From: Eledone cirrhosa | Lineage: Eukaryota | Direction of reading: 5' to 3' | NCBI GenBank assembly: GCA_964016885.1 | Contig: OZ024740.1 | Location: forward strand, 84,692,001-84,756,000 | Length of the DNA: 64,000 nt | In this document: positions 1 to 13,856 of the stretch, piece by piece | How positions within the stretch are numbered: position 1 is the stretch's first letter | Layout of the letters: each line of letters starts with the position of its first letter | Notes under the pieces: model-generated | The model's input: only the letters and a program-made list of their open reading frames with translations | Databases searched by the model: none | Told to the model about the DNA's origin: nothing | Program-made: the position numbers and the translations under genes

Positions 1-35
1 CAATTAGATTTTCGTTTTTTCACCATCTCTGTTGT

Positions 36-560
36 TTATTTTGTTTTCGTTCTCTTCATATATGTCACCTCAGCTTCTGTTTTGTATGTATTGGTTTCAT
101 TTGGAGACAGAAAAAATTGCTTCGTAGCTATTTGTTTTAATTCTTCATTACTCTTCAGTTGGTATTTTTGTAGTCCTACAATGAATATTTGAAAGTCTCT
201 ATCTCCATGGGTTCTTCGTATGTATAATATTTTTACATCTGGTTTCGGGTAGTGAAATCTAAATGCAGTCATTTCTTTATTCCTTTCTGTCTTGTCATGC
301 TCATTTGTTTAGAACATTTTGTCTTATGTGGTAATCTAAAGCGTCTGTAGTATTTCTTTCATTTGTGTATGTTGAACAATGTCAATTTTATTGTTTCTTA
401 AATATGTATATGTTTGTTTGATAGTACTCCATTTCATTTCCTCCGGAAAAGGGGTATTAACTTCTAAACATAAAATATAAGGTCAAAATGTAAACTGTTG
501 TTTTGTTTGTCATACTTTACTCTCGTTTTCATTCCTTTATTTCAAATATTCTTACTTTCC
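36..560 (-). pseudogene. Possible highly degraded retroelement RT fragment
   Basis: A-rich coding-like minus strand broken by stops; only weak resemblance to RT segments. Confidence 0.2.
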
Positions 561-869
561 CCAAACAAAGCTACCCACGTTACTGTATTTAATATTCTTT
601 AGAAAATCATTCCTTTACATGAGTAATTTAAATTTCAAAACAAAATATAATGGAAAAATTTTCTTTCACTGCTGTACTATAAATATTTTCGGTTCAAAGA
701 ATCTCTGTCTATAACAATGCATCAACGGCTTTTTTCGCCAAATACATCAGTCGCTTGTCTTGGCAGTAAATATTAGAGATGTGCTTTATAGCATAACAGA
801 ATGACAGTGAATTAATAATGACGTGACTCCTAACCACAAGCTACATTTCCGAAAACATCATCATCAACA

Positions 870-912
<43 letters not shown>

Positions 913-922
913 AATAATAATA

Positions 923-1041
923 ATAATTGTTTCTACTTTTGGCACAAGGCCAGCAATTACCCAGTCCATTACTGGTACTTTATTTTATCGACCCCGTAAG
1001 GATGAAAGGCAAAGTTAACCTCGGCGGGATTTGAACTCAGA
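923..1041 (-). mobile_element. tRNA-derived SINE, 5'-truncated
   Basis: Matches the 3' part of the SINE at 10771-10960 (B box GTTCAAATCC on minus); (ATT)n/(AGT)n tail at about 871-925. Confidence 0.9.
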
Positions 1042-1694
1042 TTTAGCACTGAGATCATAGTTATGGTCATTGCTGTTGTTGATTGGGGTGACATTGATAT
1101 GGTTGCAGCTGTAAGAGGTGTATGAGAATTTTCTCAACTGTTCTTGTGGTGTGAGTGGTGTTGGTGGCGGCGGCAGGGAGATTGATGCTGGGGGTGTGGT
1201 GCTGGGAGTGGTGCTGGGTAAGGTGACATTGTAGCTTATAGGGGTTGCTTTTCCGATGTTATTTTCTGTCTATTTTGAGTTTGAGGTGTAAATGGGGTGC
1301 TAGTATTCTTTTTTTTTCCCTTTGTTTTGTCCTTTATGTGGGCTCCATACACATACATAAATATACATTCACACGTGCATAGTTATACACACGTATGTAT
1401 ATATACACACATATATATATACCCACACATTAGACACTGAGAATTATTATTATTAGTATTATTATTATTGGACGCACATGTATGAAGACGTACAAGCCTG
1501 CGGGGGAAAAGGTTCGTAACTTTAAGCTGTTTTAAAGTATCATTTTTTGTATTTTCTTGTCGTTAACTAAACATAAGGTACTCACCTTGGTTTCAAGGAA
1601 GAGAGACCTCTCAATATTCGGGCTTTAAGCCCGAATATTCAAATTTATTTTTAAAAACTTCGAAAAAAATCGCTTCCCCACTAAAAAAAAAAAT

Positions 1695-2024
1695 ATGGAA
1701 ATTTTCGATCTTGAAACGGTAAACAACGTTCAGGTCAAAAGTTCAAAAGCAGCCACTGTAGATCTCACCACAACTACCTCTACTACAGACATGTCTGTCA
1801 ACCATTCCACTGAATGTGAAGGCAAAACTCAAAAGCTACCATCACAACCGCTCCCTTCTGTGTTAGGAGCAATATCATCTGAAAACGACATCACCACCAC
1901 CACCACCGCCGCCGCCACCACCACCACAACAACAACTCAGAACAACAACGACAATAACACCGACAGCTTCAATGTAAACACGGATGGCGGTGGCAACAGC
2001 AACAACAAACAAAACAACACCACC

Positions 2025-2084
<60 letters not shown>

Positions 2085-3735
2085 AACAACAACAATAACA
2101 ACAACAACAACAAGAAGAACGACAACACCAACAACAACAGCAACAGAGGCACCACCTTTGCTGCAGCAGCAGCAAAAACAAAGCGCTTATTGAATATTGA
2201 CATTAGCGATAAAGGCGAACAGTTGGCCCAGGCGTGGAGATTAATTAAACGGGAGAAGTCCTGGGAAAACCTGACCATCCCGGACGAGGCAATAGCGGCC
2301 ATGCAAAGGAGGACGGTGTACTTTCGATGCATTGCGGTGCAGACACGCAAAGTGGAACTTGCCAGCCAAGCAGAGGTCGGGGCTGTTTTGGCGTGCATCG
2401 GAAGTTACATAGAGTATAAAGCAAGGGCCAAACAGTTCGGTACCATTTCGGTACTGTTCAAAACCGAGGCCCTTGCTATTAAGCACTCGGTGACCCCCTG
2501 AAGAACGGAACGCATTATCATGCACCCGTTCTACATGGGTAAAAGGACAGTAAAGATCCGCATTCCCAGCATCCCACCAGGAATGAACATATGGTGGCTC
2601 CTGGGATGCGTAATCGAGGAAGGGATAGACACTACCCTCCTGGATATCAAAAGGACAGAGAGAGAAGACTGGTCCGGAATGGATTTGGAGATTCTTCTCC
2701 AAATGAAACCCGAGGACATGAACAACATCCCGGATTTTTCCCGCCTCCATGACGGGACAACAATCCAACTAATCACTGGGGGAAGAAGGCCGCACTGCTT
2801 CGTCTGCGGGGAAGCAACGCATCCACAAGCCTTCTGCCCTCAGCGCAAAAATGAAGGGGGTCGCAAACCTCCTTTGTTGCCAACGCGAGTGTCAGCACGG
2901 AAAGCTGCACCACCACCAGCACCAAAAACAACACCAACAAAGACACGGACACCAACATCAACAACAGCCGGACCACCACCAACACCGAAACCAATCCAAG
3001 GGGAAAACGAGGAAAGCTCTCCCCCACCCACCCACCCACCAATTATACACATAGACAAAACAATAAACGCACACACAGACACAGAGACACTCACAGCCAC
3101 AGACCCTTTGTCTTCCAGCAGTGAAGATGAAGGAAAACCCAAAAGTGCAAAAAAAAACAGAGAAAACTCACCAAAAAAAAGCCCCAACTAAAAACAAAAA
3201 ATACAGACACCACTAACGCAAACACTTCTCCAATAACATCAGCACCAACAGCAACATCGACACCACCCCCACAATCCCCGAAACGCAAACAACCTAAACA
3301 AACACAAGTACAAATAAACATACAAATACCTGAAATTGCAGACACCACACCTACAACAAACACAGACAACACCACCAAAACCATCACCACCACAGTCACC
3401 AAAAAAAAAAACAAATAAAATCACACCAACAAAATGTTAAGAACTTCGTGCTTGTCAGAAGGGCCAACGATAAACTGATGGCTCTCTTAGCATGAAGCGA
3501 GGACATTCAAACAGAAGGGGAGATCTTTGAAATGAGCACATTTTGCGTGCCAGAAGATTTGCTTCTGGTCAGAATGTCACTCGATTCCTTCAAAGAAATT
3601 CGGAAGAGCTTTCCTCAAGACGTGGGAACCTCGAATGTGAAACCCACATCGAGACTTTAAAAGGGGTTCCCAAAAGAAACCCCACCAACCATGGAGGTCG
3701 AACCACCCGGCCTTCACAAGACCCCGGGAGGTAGT
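1695..3735 (+). pseudogene. Tx1 family A ORF1 (gag-like, zinc knuckle), disrupted
   Basis: CFVCGEATHPQAFC knuckle; poly-Asn from (AAC)n; in-frame TGA at 2499-2501 and A-tract frameshifts; colinear with ORF1 at 50790-52755. Confidence 0.8.
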
Positions 3736-3766
3736 AAACCTTCCCTCTCTCTTTTAGCTTGCCAAC

Positions 3767-6700
3767 ATGGCCATATTAAGAGTAGGACGTTTAAATGTTC
3801 GCGGCCTGGTGTCACCCTGGAAGCAGTGTTGCCTGCTCAACGACCTCAGGTCGCTGGAAATGGGTGTGATTGCCGTCAGCGAAACCAGAATTTCCGACAC
3901 GCGCGCACTAGCCTCCATTTTCGACGACTATTAGATCTTCGCATCTGTTAGCAGGCCGGGAATAGGGTGTGGGGTGGCAGTGCTGTTTAGGAAAGGACTG
4001 GATCTCGAGTAAGGTCGATCTTCCGGGACCCGGACAGTAAGCTGGTGGTCTTGGATGTGAGCAGTAGCGAAGGTGGTGCCTTTAGACTGCTGGCCGTCTA
4101 CGCCCCTACAGGGGCCGGACGACCGGACTTCTTTAGGCGCCTAGAGACCTTTCTAGGCGCCTACAGGGGCCGGACGACTGGACTTCTTTAGGCGCCTAGA
4201 GACCTTTCTAGGTACGTCTCGCCCTTTACTGTTGGCGGGGGACTGGAACGGCATCTTAAACGCACGCTGGGATTGTGTGGGAGTAGCTGATAGGAGCGGG
4301 GGGTGAAAAAGCCTCAAGCACCTAATCAGCCAGTTCCAACTGTCTGACAGGTATCGACTAGATTTCCCCAATACGCCAGTATGGACATGGACCAACCGCA
4401 TGGGGTCATCTAGATCGTATATAGACAGGATCTTCATTAGGAAAATAGATAGAAATAGTGTAGGCTACCCACTTTTTAAAACGGTCGCCTATTCAGATCA
4501 CAAATTTGTGATCTGTATGGTCGACCTAAATAAAACGAGTAGGTTGGGACTGGGTTACTGGAAGCTGAACATGTCATTTCCGGCACGTAAGGCTTGCAGG
4601 GACCGAGTCAACAATTTAGTTAAGCAAAATGTTGACAGGGTGTGGGGTGATCATCAACAACAGATGGTGGGGGGCTCTCAAAAGAGAGATTAGAGTAACT
4701 TCGATAGAGTTCAGCAAAGAACTAGCGTTAGAGAAAAATAAAAAGGAGGGGGAGCTGGTAGATAAGTTAGACGAGGCTATTTGTAATGGCATTGAAACTG
4801 ACGTGCTAGCGGCGAGAATGGCAGTAGACCATTTCTTCAATGCGAAACACGAAGGTTGCATTGTCAGAGCTAAGGCGCGTGCGCTGAGAAACGAGGGAAC
4901 CAAAGCTGTTCGATGGGCCCGCGTGGCGGAGACGCAGCGTGGTAATAAAACCACAATTCGGTCTTTGGAGGACCGAGACGGACACGAGATAAGCGATTCC
5001 AAGCAGATGTGTGAAGCCTTTCGCCAGCATTTTGCTCGGTTGTTCGGAGAGAGTGGCGAGTCAGAGAGAGTAGCGGATTTCAGTCCCTACCTTGACGGCT
5101 TGCCGCACATCTCGACGGTCGACGCTGAGCGCTGCGAAAGGCCGATTACTTCAGCCGAAATTCAGGACGCCCTTGTCGGCTGCATGAGGCGCATGTCACC
5201 CGGTTTAGATGGCCTGCCCTACGAGCTCTACGTAAATATTCCAGATTTGTTCTCCGATCTCCTCGAAGCACTCTACTGAAACTGGCAGCAGAATGGGAGT
5301 ATTCCCAATTCTGTGAGCAGGGGAGTGGTGACGTTGGTAAGGAAAGACGAGAACAAGAGGGATACATTAGACAACTTCAGGCCCATAACTCTGCTCAACA
5401 CAGAGTTTAAGATTTTGGCCAAGGTGTTAGCAAAGAGATTGGCGCTTGTCGTTGAGGATTTGGTTGGGGAGGCGCAAACTTGCGCAATCCCAACCAGGTC
5501 CATACACGACAATCTCCACCTCATGCGATACATCGTAGAGAGGGTAGGGTGTAAACCTGGCTTCGATGGGGCACTAATCAATTTAGATCAATCGAAAGCA
5601 TTCGATAGGGTCGACCATCGGTATCTGGAGTTTGTCCTCAAAGAGGCTGGCTTCGACCCTGTCTTCAGAAGATGGATCGCTGCAATGCACGGCGACACAT
5701 GCTCGGTGGTCAAGGTTAATGGCCACCTCTCGAAACCATTTCGGCTCTCCCGATCGGTCAGTCAAGGGTGCTCTGTCTCTTCCCTTCTGTACGTATTGAC
5801 TCTCGAGCCTTTACTGCGGAAGCTGGAGCTGTTGCAGGGCATCCCGCTCGAACCAGGACGTGGAAAGGCGGTGTCGGCTTATGCGGACATCACTGTGATG
5901 GTGTCGGACACCTCAGAAATCGAGGTGGTCGACACCTTATTGAAGGAATATGAAAGGTTGACAAGAACCAAACTTAACCCGGAAAAGTCGGTGGGCTTTC
6001 AGGTCGGAACCTGGAGAGGCAAGCCTATGCCGTCCAACAGCGTTCAGGTGGAAAAACGACCTCCAGGTGGAAAAGAATTGGGACGAGGTAACGAGCAGCG
6101 TAGCCAATCTCACCCAAAAATGGGCTGGGAGGAAAGCTCGCGCCGAGGTGGCGAATGCGTACATCGCGTCCGTCATCTACTACCGCCTGACCATCGTGCC
6201 TTGCTCCCTTCCGCGCCTCGTCAAGTTGGAACGGCTCCTCTTCAAATTCTTGTGGAGGGGACAAGTTCCGTTGGTGAGGCGGTCCATCTGCTGCCAGCAC
6301 TCTCTACGCGGAGGGCTGGGCATGCCGTGGCTAATGATGCGCAGACATGCGTTGAGGCTGCGACATCTCCAGATATTCTGCCTAAACGGTGAACAGGTGT
6401 GGTCGCCGTTTATCAGACGGGCCTTTCCGCAGCTCATTTCTTTGACTGAGCTGCAGGCCTGGGTCAAGAAGAGACGGAAACTAGGTGACTGGCACCTGGA
6501 ATGTTGCCAGGCACTCACTGCCCTCTACCAAGCGGACAATGCGATCACTGGAACTTCCACTCTCGAGTTCTATAGAGGATTAGTGGTGGGCAAGTGTGAT
6601 GACGCACTCGGAGAAGCTTTGGGCCTCGACGAATTCGATCTGACAAGTCTGTACCGGAGGATTTTCGAGCCGGGACGATGGACAATTTCCAGAAATCCCT

Positions 6701-7021
6701 CGCTTGGCAGTGCTACCGGGGGGCACTGCCGGTTCGGGATAAATTCTACAGGCACGAAAGTGCTGTCAGACAGACCTGCCCAAGATGCGCACAGAACGAC
6801 GAAACCGTTCTGCACGCACTTGTCCAATGTCCGTGCATTACTGACTTGTGGAGTTATGTCGAACAGCTACTGTCACGTGTGGAACGAATCCGGCTATCGG
6901 CCGAGTCCATAGTGAAGATCGACCCGCCACCTTCCTTAGGTCAGGAAGAGCAGGAAATTTTCCTGTCTGGTGGCCGTTGCGAAAGAGGGTATATGGTGGA
7001 CCAGATTAAAAGGACTGAAGA
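3767..7021 (+). pseudogene. Tx1 family A ORF2 (APE endonuclease + reverse transcriptase), frameshifted
   Basis: MAILRVGRLNVRGL start; GDWN, SRSYIDRIF and YSDH APE motifs; FRPITLLNTEFKILAK, LDQSKAFDRVDH, SAYAD RT motifs; CPRC..ETVLHALVQC; tandem duplication at about 4101-4211. Confidence 0.9.
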
Positions 7022-10000
7022 CACCCCAAAAATTCACACCACCTCCTCACATACAAATCACTCGCATCACACAGAAAACTTACACGACAGTAAAACAAAA
7101 ATTCCCCAAGGATATCGGAGACTTCCGACAAGCACTCTCCAGGAGGATTTATAAGGACATCCTTCCGGAGGAGGCCACGAGCAGTGAGAAAGATGGAGAA
7201 ACCATCCTTCCTCTGCGAGAAGTAAGGTGAGTGGTCTTTCCCATCTTTTCCACTCCTTTTCAACACGGCCTCACTCAGAATAGGCAGCATAAATGCGCGT
7301 GGCTTGGGGTCGTCATTGAAGCAGGGCCACCTGCTCAACGACCTCAGGTCACTAAACATAGATGTGGTGGCCATCAGCGAGACCAGAATCTCCGAAGCAC
7401 AGGCCTTCGCACTGATCTTCGGCAGCTACGATTTGTACGCATCTCCCAGCCGTCCTGGATCGGGGGGTAGGAGTTGCTGTGCTTTTTCGGAGAGGTTTGA
7501 ATCTCGCCATACGGGCCATCTTCCTGGACCCAGAAGGTAAGTTGGTTGTGCTGGACGTGACCAGCGGAGACGGGCAAGCTTTCAGGCTAGTGGCCGCCTA
7601 TGCCCCGACAGGAGCAGGGCGGCCTGATTTCTTCCGGCGTCTGGAGACCTTTCTTGGAACGTCCCGCTCTTTAGTGTTAGTGGGCGACTGGAACGGGATC
7701 TTAGATGCACGCTGGGACTGTGTGGGATTAGCGGATAGGGGAGGAGGGTGAAAGAGCCTCTCTAACCTGCTCAGGCGTTTTGAACACTCTGACAGGTACC
7801 GATTGGATTTCCCGAATGTGCCAATGTGGACTTGGACAAATCGCATAGGGTCATCCAGATCATATCTAGATAGAGTATTTTGTGGGGAAATAGATAGGTC
7901 TAGCTTAGGCGGTCCACAATTCAAGATAGTCAGCTACATGGACCACAAATTCGTGATCTGTGTGGTTGACTTAGATAGGCTTCATAGACAAGGACCCGGC
8001 TACTGGAAGTTAAACGCATCCTTACCAGCGCGCAAGGCCTACAGGGTCCGGATTAGCGAACTAGTTAAGCGGGCGTTGACGGGGGCCATCGTCAACATCA
8101 AGTGGTGGTTTGCTCTGAAAAGAGCGATTAGAATAGAGTTCATTAGGTTTAGTAAGGCTTTAGCTTTAGAGAAAACTAGAGCAGAGGGCGAACTAGTTAG
8201 AAAATTAGACGAGGCGCTTAGCAAAGGCATCGCGACCGACCTACTTGCGGCGAAATTGACCCTTGACCAATTCTTCAATGCAAAGTACGAAGTGCTCTCA
8301 GACACGAGGGGACGAATGCCGTTCAATGGGCCCGAGTGGCGGAGGCGCGTCGTGGCCACAAAGCCACGATCCGGTCTTTGGTGGACCACGACGGACGCAT
8401 GCTACTCGATCCCGGGCAAATGTGTAAAGCTTTTCAGCGACACTTCGCTCAGCTGTTCGGGGACAGCGGCAGGCCGGATCGAGGGATGGACTTTAGTGTT
8501 TACCTCGACGGACTGCCGCGGCTCTCGTTGCGAAAAGCCGATAACAGCCGCTGAAGTATGGGAGGCAATGACTGGATGCACAGGGGTAAATCGCCTGGTT
8601 TGGATGGTCTGCTCTATGAACTTTACGTGAGCCAAGGAGCGGTGGCGCTGCTGAGAAAGGATCCGAACAAGGGGGATCACATAGATATTTTCAGGCCCAT
8701 AACTTTGCTAAACTCAGAGTTCAAGAATTTGGCCAAGGTGCTAGCAAAGAGGTTGGCGCTTATCGTTGGTGGTCTGGTGGGAGAGGCGCAGACGTGCGCC
8801 ATTCCCGACAGATCCATCCACGACAACCTCCACCTCATGCGATACATCGTAGAGAGGGTAGCTAGGGAACCTGGCATGGGTGGGTCCTTGATCAATTTAG
8901 ATCAGTCGAAAGCTTCTATGTGCTCTGTGGTGAGAGTGAACGGTCACCTTTCGGAACCGTTCAACATCATACGTTCGGTCCACCAACGATGTCCCCTCTC
9001 GTCCCTCTTGTACGTAATGACTCTCGAGCCATTACCGCACAAACTGGAGACGTTGAGGGGGGACTCGCGCGAACTAGAATGCGGAATATCCGTGACAGCA
9101 TATGCGTACGATGTCACTGTAGTGGTGTCGAACGCCAAACACATCGAGGCGATCGGCACTACACTAAGAGAATACGAAGCGGTGACAGGAGCAATGATCA
9201 ACCAGGAAAAGTCAGTGGGCCTGCAGCTCGGCACCTGGAGAGGCAGGTCCATGCCGTCCAACAGCGTCGTCGGGCGCTGGACGGACGGACCAGTTAAATT
9301 GCTAGGGGTCTGGTTCGGTCCGGACCTCCAGACGGACAAAAACTGGGACGAGGTGACGAGCAGGGTGGCTTCTCTCACCCAGAAATGGGTGGAGAGGAAG
9401 CTATCCCTGAAAGGTCGAGCGGAGGTGGCCAACGTGTACATCGCGTCCGTCATCTACTACCACCTGACCGTCGTACCTTGTCCTAAGCCCCGCCTGACTG
9501 CGCTGGAGCGTTTGCTCTTTCGCTTTTTGTGGAAGGGACGCGCTCCGTTGGTCAGGCGGTCCATCTGCTGTCAACACCCGCTACGTGGAGGGCTGGAATT
9601 GTTGTGGCTGATGATGCGCAGACACGCGCTCAGGCTACGAGATCTCCACCTCTTCCTCGACGGTGATCAGGTGTGGTCTCCGTATGCTAGACACGTCTTT
9701 CCCCAGCTCGTCTCCTTGACGGAGCTGCAGTCCTGGGTCAAGCGAAGACCGAGAGGGAGCGCTTGGAGACTGGAATGTCTTCAGGCGCTCACAGCCCTCG
9801 ACCAATCGGGCAATGTGGTCGGTGGAAACACCACCTTGGCGTTCTATAGAGGATTAGTGGAGGGGAAGAGCGACGACGTACTTGGAGAAACTCTAGGCGT
9901 CGACGAAAATCAACTAGCCAACCTCTTCGGAAGGACTTTCGGGCCGGGGCCTATGGACAACTTCCATAAATCCCTGGCCTGGCAGTGCTACCGAGGAGCC

Positions 10001-10711
10001 TTGCCAGTTCGGGATAATCTCTACAGGCATGGAGGTGCCGTCAGCCGGGTATGTCCGAGATGCGCGCAGGGCGACGAAACCGTCCTGCACGCACTCGTCC
10101 AGTGTCCGAGCATTTCTGACTTGTGGGTTTATGTCGAACACCTGCTTTCACGTGTAGGACGGATCCGGCTATCAGCTGAGTCCATCGTGAGGATTGCCCT
10201 TCCCTCTTACTCTAGCCGGGAAGGGCAGGAAGTTTTTATCTGTCTGGTGGCCATGGCGAAAGAGATAGTATGGTGGACACGTTTGAAAGGGCTGAAGACG
10301 AGCACTTACCTCTTCGGTGATGCCCTGATTAACTTTTTCAAATTTCATTTGAAAAGGAAAATCAGGGTAGAGAGGGAAGTGCTCTCTTCCCAGCATTTTG
10401 TTGAAAGATGGGTGAGAGAAGCAAGTATGGCCCGAGTGAATGGGCCTACTCTGAGTATGTGTCTGTAAATTAAAGGTGGAAAACTGGGAGAGGGCACTTG
10501 CCCTGGTGGTCAGGGTCACTGTGGTCTTTTAATGGGCTTACTCCACAAATGTTCCTCGGAAGTCTCCCCCCTATTGGGGAATTGTTCTTTGTTATTTTAT
10601 TACATCCTCTGTTTTTTTTTACACGCAGAAATGCCCATTTGTACCGTACTGTATTGTCCTGTACTGTCCTTAATGTCTACTTTATGTAAACCCTTGTGGT
10701 TAATAAAGAAA

Positions 10712-10712
<1 letters not shown>
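7022..10712 (+). mobile_element. L1/Tx1-clade LINE, family B, 5'-truncated within ORF1, with internal deletions
   Basis: Highly similar to the reverse complement of 47092-50995; ORF2 remnants to stop at 10468; 3' UTR with AATAAA followed by (ATT)n. Confidence 0.93.

Positions 10713-10765
<53 letters not shown>
10713..10765. repeat. (ATT)n microsatellite at Tx1 3' junction
   Basis: Direct observation. Confidence 0.95.
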
Positions 10766-10768
<3 letters not shown>

Positions 10769-10770
10769 TA

Positions 10771-10960
10771 GCGCGGTGAATTGGCAGTATCGGTAGAGGG
10801 TCAGACATGCTTTCCAGCATAGTTACGTCCCTTTACGATCTGAGTTCAAATCCCGCCGAGGTTAACTTTCCCTTTCATCCTTACGAGGTCGATAAAATAA
10901 AATACCAGTAATGCACTGGGTAATTGCTGGCCTTGTGCCTAAAGTAGAAACAATTATTAT
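10771..10960 (+). mobile_element. tRNA-derived SINE, full length
   Basis: A-box-like TGGCAGTATCGG, B box GTTCAAATCC, ATT tail; eight copies in window. Confidence 0.9.
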
Positions 10961-11326
10961 TCCATTTGATCCTATTCAAAAGCTTGATTTGTTTTGAAAA
11001 ATGTCGCTTGATTTCGGTGAAGCGATATATTCACTTAAACTTACAATATAGGAGTGTTACTTAGACAACATGAATTAAAGTTTGAAGAATTAGCTTAACC
11101 TTAATTCTGAATCAAATATGTATTCAGTTGATTTTCTGTTTACTGCCATTATTGGTCTCACCCACTTACATTCTTATATATTTTGTTTCGGGCACACACA
11201 TATAAATATATATATAAAGATATGCGTATTTATACATATATATATATATACATACATATAAACCACAAACCCTCCATTTCAATTTTATATATAAATGTAT
11301 GTATGCATGTATGAATGCATGTATGA

Positions 11327-11431
<105 letters not shown>

Positions 11432-11441
11432 ACTTTATGGC

Positions 11442-11478
<37 letters not shown>

Positions 11479-11481
<3 letters not shown>

Positions 11482-11686
11482 CGAGTAGGACCCCGACGGC
11501 TGAGCTCAAGCCGTTTCGACGGCTAATTCTGGACTAAATCAGATTTAGTCCAGAATTAGCCGTCGAAACTGCTTGAGCTCAGCTGTCGGGGTCCTACTCG
11601 CTCCTATTACCCACTCTACTACCCTAAGTATTGAGTACTTTGGTGCGTTATGGTCCACCTGGTTCCTTACCACATTTCCTTCGTTA
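11479..11686 (+). mobile_element. Fold-back PLE-like 3' fragment (family A) in (TA)n
   Basis: About 60-bp inverted arms centred near 11540; hammerhead 3' half (GAAAC-stem III-GTC); flanked by (TA)n; further copies at 24085, 33822, 37871. Confidence 0.75.
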
Positions 11687-11875
11687 TATATATATATATA
11701 TCTTTATGGCTATCATCGAAATATATATAGCAGTAAATAAAGGATTATGAGTTCATGCAATTGACTTATGTTTCGTCACTATATATCTTTATATATATAT
11801 ATGAATGTGTGTATGTATATTTATATATATATGTGTATGTATGCATACATGAATACATGTCTGTAAGTATGTGTA

Positions 11876-11910
<35 letters not shown>

Positions 11911-12503
11911 AGATTCTAAGGACTCCTTGCATTAATCTAAGCTTTTCTTTTCACACATTCGATGATATCCGATTACTAACAAGTCACAAAGTTCTTTTCT
12001 CCGATGTTCAACAATGCTAGATGTTTCAGTTTCTTTTTATGTATGTGTGAATATATGCATACATTGAGTGGTAATTATCTTCCTTGAGATAGAAACAAAA
12101 GTGAAGTAGTTGCCACATCTTCAATGTGTACAAAGTAGTTGCCACATCTTCAAATTGTAAATATTTTGGTGTAATGTTCTATGTTGTTCAACTACGAGGT
12201 TAAATATAAGACAGAAAGAAACGTTTCCGGGACTGTAATTCTTCTCACTTATTATACATCATCTTCAGCCTAGGCCTCTTTAGTTTACGCTTCCAATCGA
12301 TACTTGCTAACACAGCCTTTCATTAACTCACAAGTTTTTGTGATAATCGTTTTGTTAGATACCCTAGAGCATCAACTATTATGAGAAGTGATGGTAATGT
12401 ATACTTTAGAAAGAAAATATATCAGCTTAGGATGTAGTTTTGGATTAAACTTATATATTAGTTGTCTTTGCCAATATTCAAACGCAAACAGCTTATTATT
12501 TAC

Positions 12504-12587
<84 letters not shown>

Positions 12588-12723
12588 ATCAGCTCGGTTT
12601 AAATGAGGTTGGAAAAGGAACATAAATTACATTGAAGCATTTAAGGTAACTGCAACAATTGGTATGACATCATCAGATAGTTACAAGGAATAATTATGTA
12701 TGGAAATCCGTAACAGAAAATAA

Positions 12724-12904
12724 CTGTTTCTACTTTAGGCACAAGGCCAGCAATTACCCAGTGCATTACTGGTACTTTATTTTATCGACCCCGTAAGGAT
12801 GAAAGGCAAAGTCAACCTCGGCGGGATTTGAACTCAGATCATAAAGGGACGTAACTATGCTGGAAAGCATGGCGTCCAACCCTCTACCAATACTGCCAAT
12901 CCAC
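12724..12904 (-). mobile_element. tRNA-derived SINE
   Basis: Reverse complement of the 10771-10960 family. Confidence 0.9.
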
Positions 12905-13552
12905 GTTGTTGATATGCGTCTATCTATGATAAACTTTATAATTGTATGTAATATATGTATCTGTTATGTATTATAAGACGGTAAATAACAAATTGTATAG
13001 TTCAGAAAACTGAGTACGTTAAGCATTGCTATTTTTTCCTTGTTGGAATTGATGAAATGAGTACCAGTCAAGCATTGAGAATGTTTAAATCAGCTAGAGC
13101 AAAGGTTCTCAACGGGGGGTATATGCACCCCCAGGGGGCGTTTCGGAACTCCAGGGGCGTTTGGAGCTTTGGAATGTACTGGAAGGCTCTTTATTTTGAT
13201 AAGTTTTATAAGCCATATTTGTATGTCTTTGAGACAGCTAGTGTGAATGCATTTGAATGAGCATGCAGACAGTATAACTATGGTCTGACCGCAGCTGTGA
13301 GCAGGTGTGCAGGCGTGTTTAGACAATAACCGGCAATTGAGATCCTAACAATGGAAAAACCCACAGTCAACTGGGTCAAGGACACTTCAAGCGCAGCCAG
13401 TTAGAATATTTTCTTTCCTTCACCGATAACAATGTATTTCATGTCTCAAATTATTGACTCAACGTAACGAGTTAACACTATGTAGATCTATTTTATTTCC
13501 TATTGTATAAATAATATTACAAATAAAAAAAATTAAAAAAACACAGAAGCGG

Positions 13553-13856
13553 GTAGCACACACATCTAGGACCACATACAACATATAATCAGATAATACA
13601 CACATCTATGACCACATACAACACATAAGCAGGTAACACTCACATCTAGGACCACATGCAACACATAAGGAGGTAGCACACAGATCTAGGACCACATACA
13701 ACACACAGGCAAGTAATACATACATTTAGGACCACATACAACACATAATCAGGTAATACAAACATCTAGGACCACATGCAGGTAATACATACATCTAGGA
13801 CTACCTACAACACACAGGCAGGTAATACATACATCTAGGACCAAATACAACACACA
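13553..13856. repeat. About 40-bp minisatellite (about 8 units) inside the hAT element
   Basis: Unit approximately AGGTAATACACACATCTAGGACCACATACAACACATAAGC. Confidence 0.9.

Larger units (their letters stand above)
1470..7021 (+). mobile_element. L1/Tx1-clade LINE, family A, degenerate, lacking its 3' end
   Basis: Starts GG right after (ATT)n; ORF1 with CCHC knuckle; ORF2 with APE, RT and C-terminal Cys motif; ends abruptly at ...WWTRLKGLKT. Confidence 0.92.

Noticed and set aside
1937-2398. Antisense poly-Leu/poly-Cys ORFs and other ORFs opposite the Tx1 and PLE genes
   Set aside because: Shadow frames of (AAC)n repeats and GC-rich coding sequence.
10771-10860. tRNA gene
   Set aside because: Has A/B boxes but no cloverleaf and continues into a repeated body with an ATT tail; it is a SINE head.
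13553-13856. CRISPR-like regular repeat
   Set aside because: Units are head-to-tail without unique spacers, there are no cas genes and the context is eukaryotic; it is a minisatellite.
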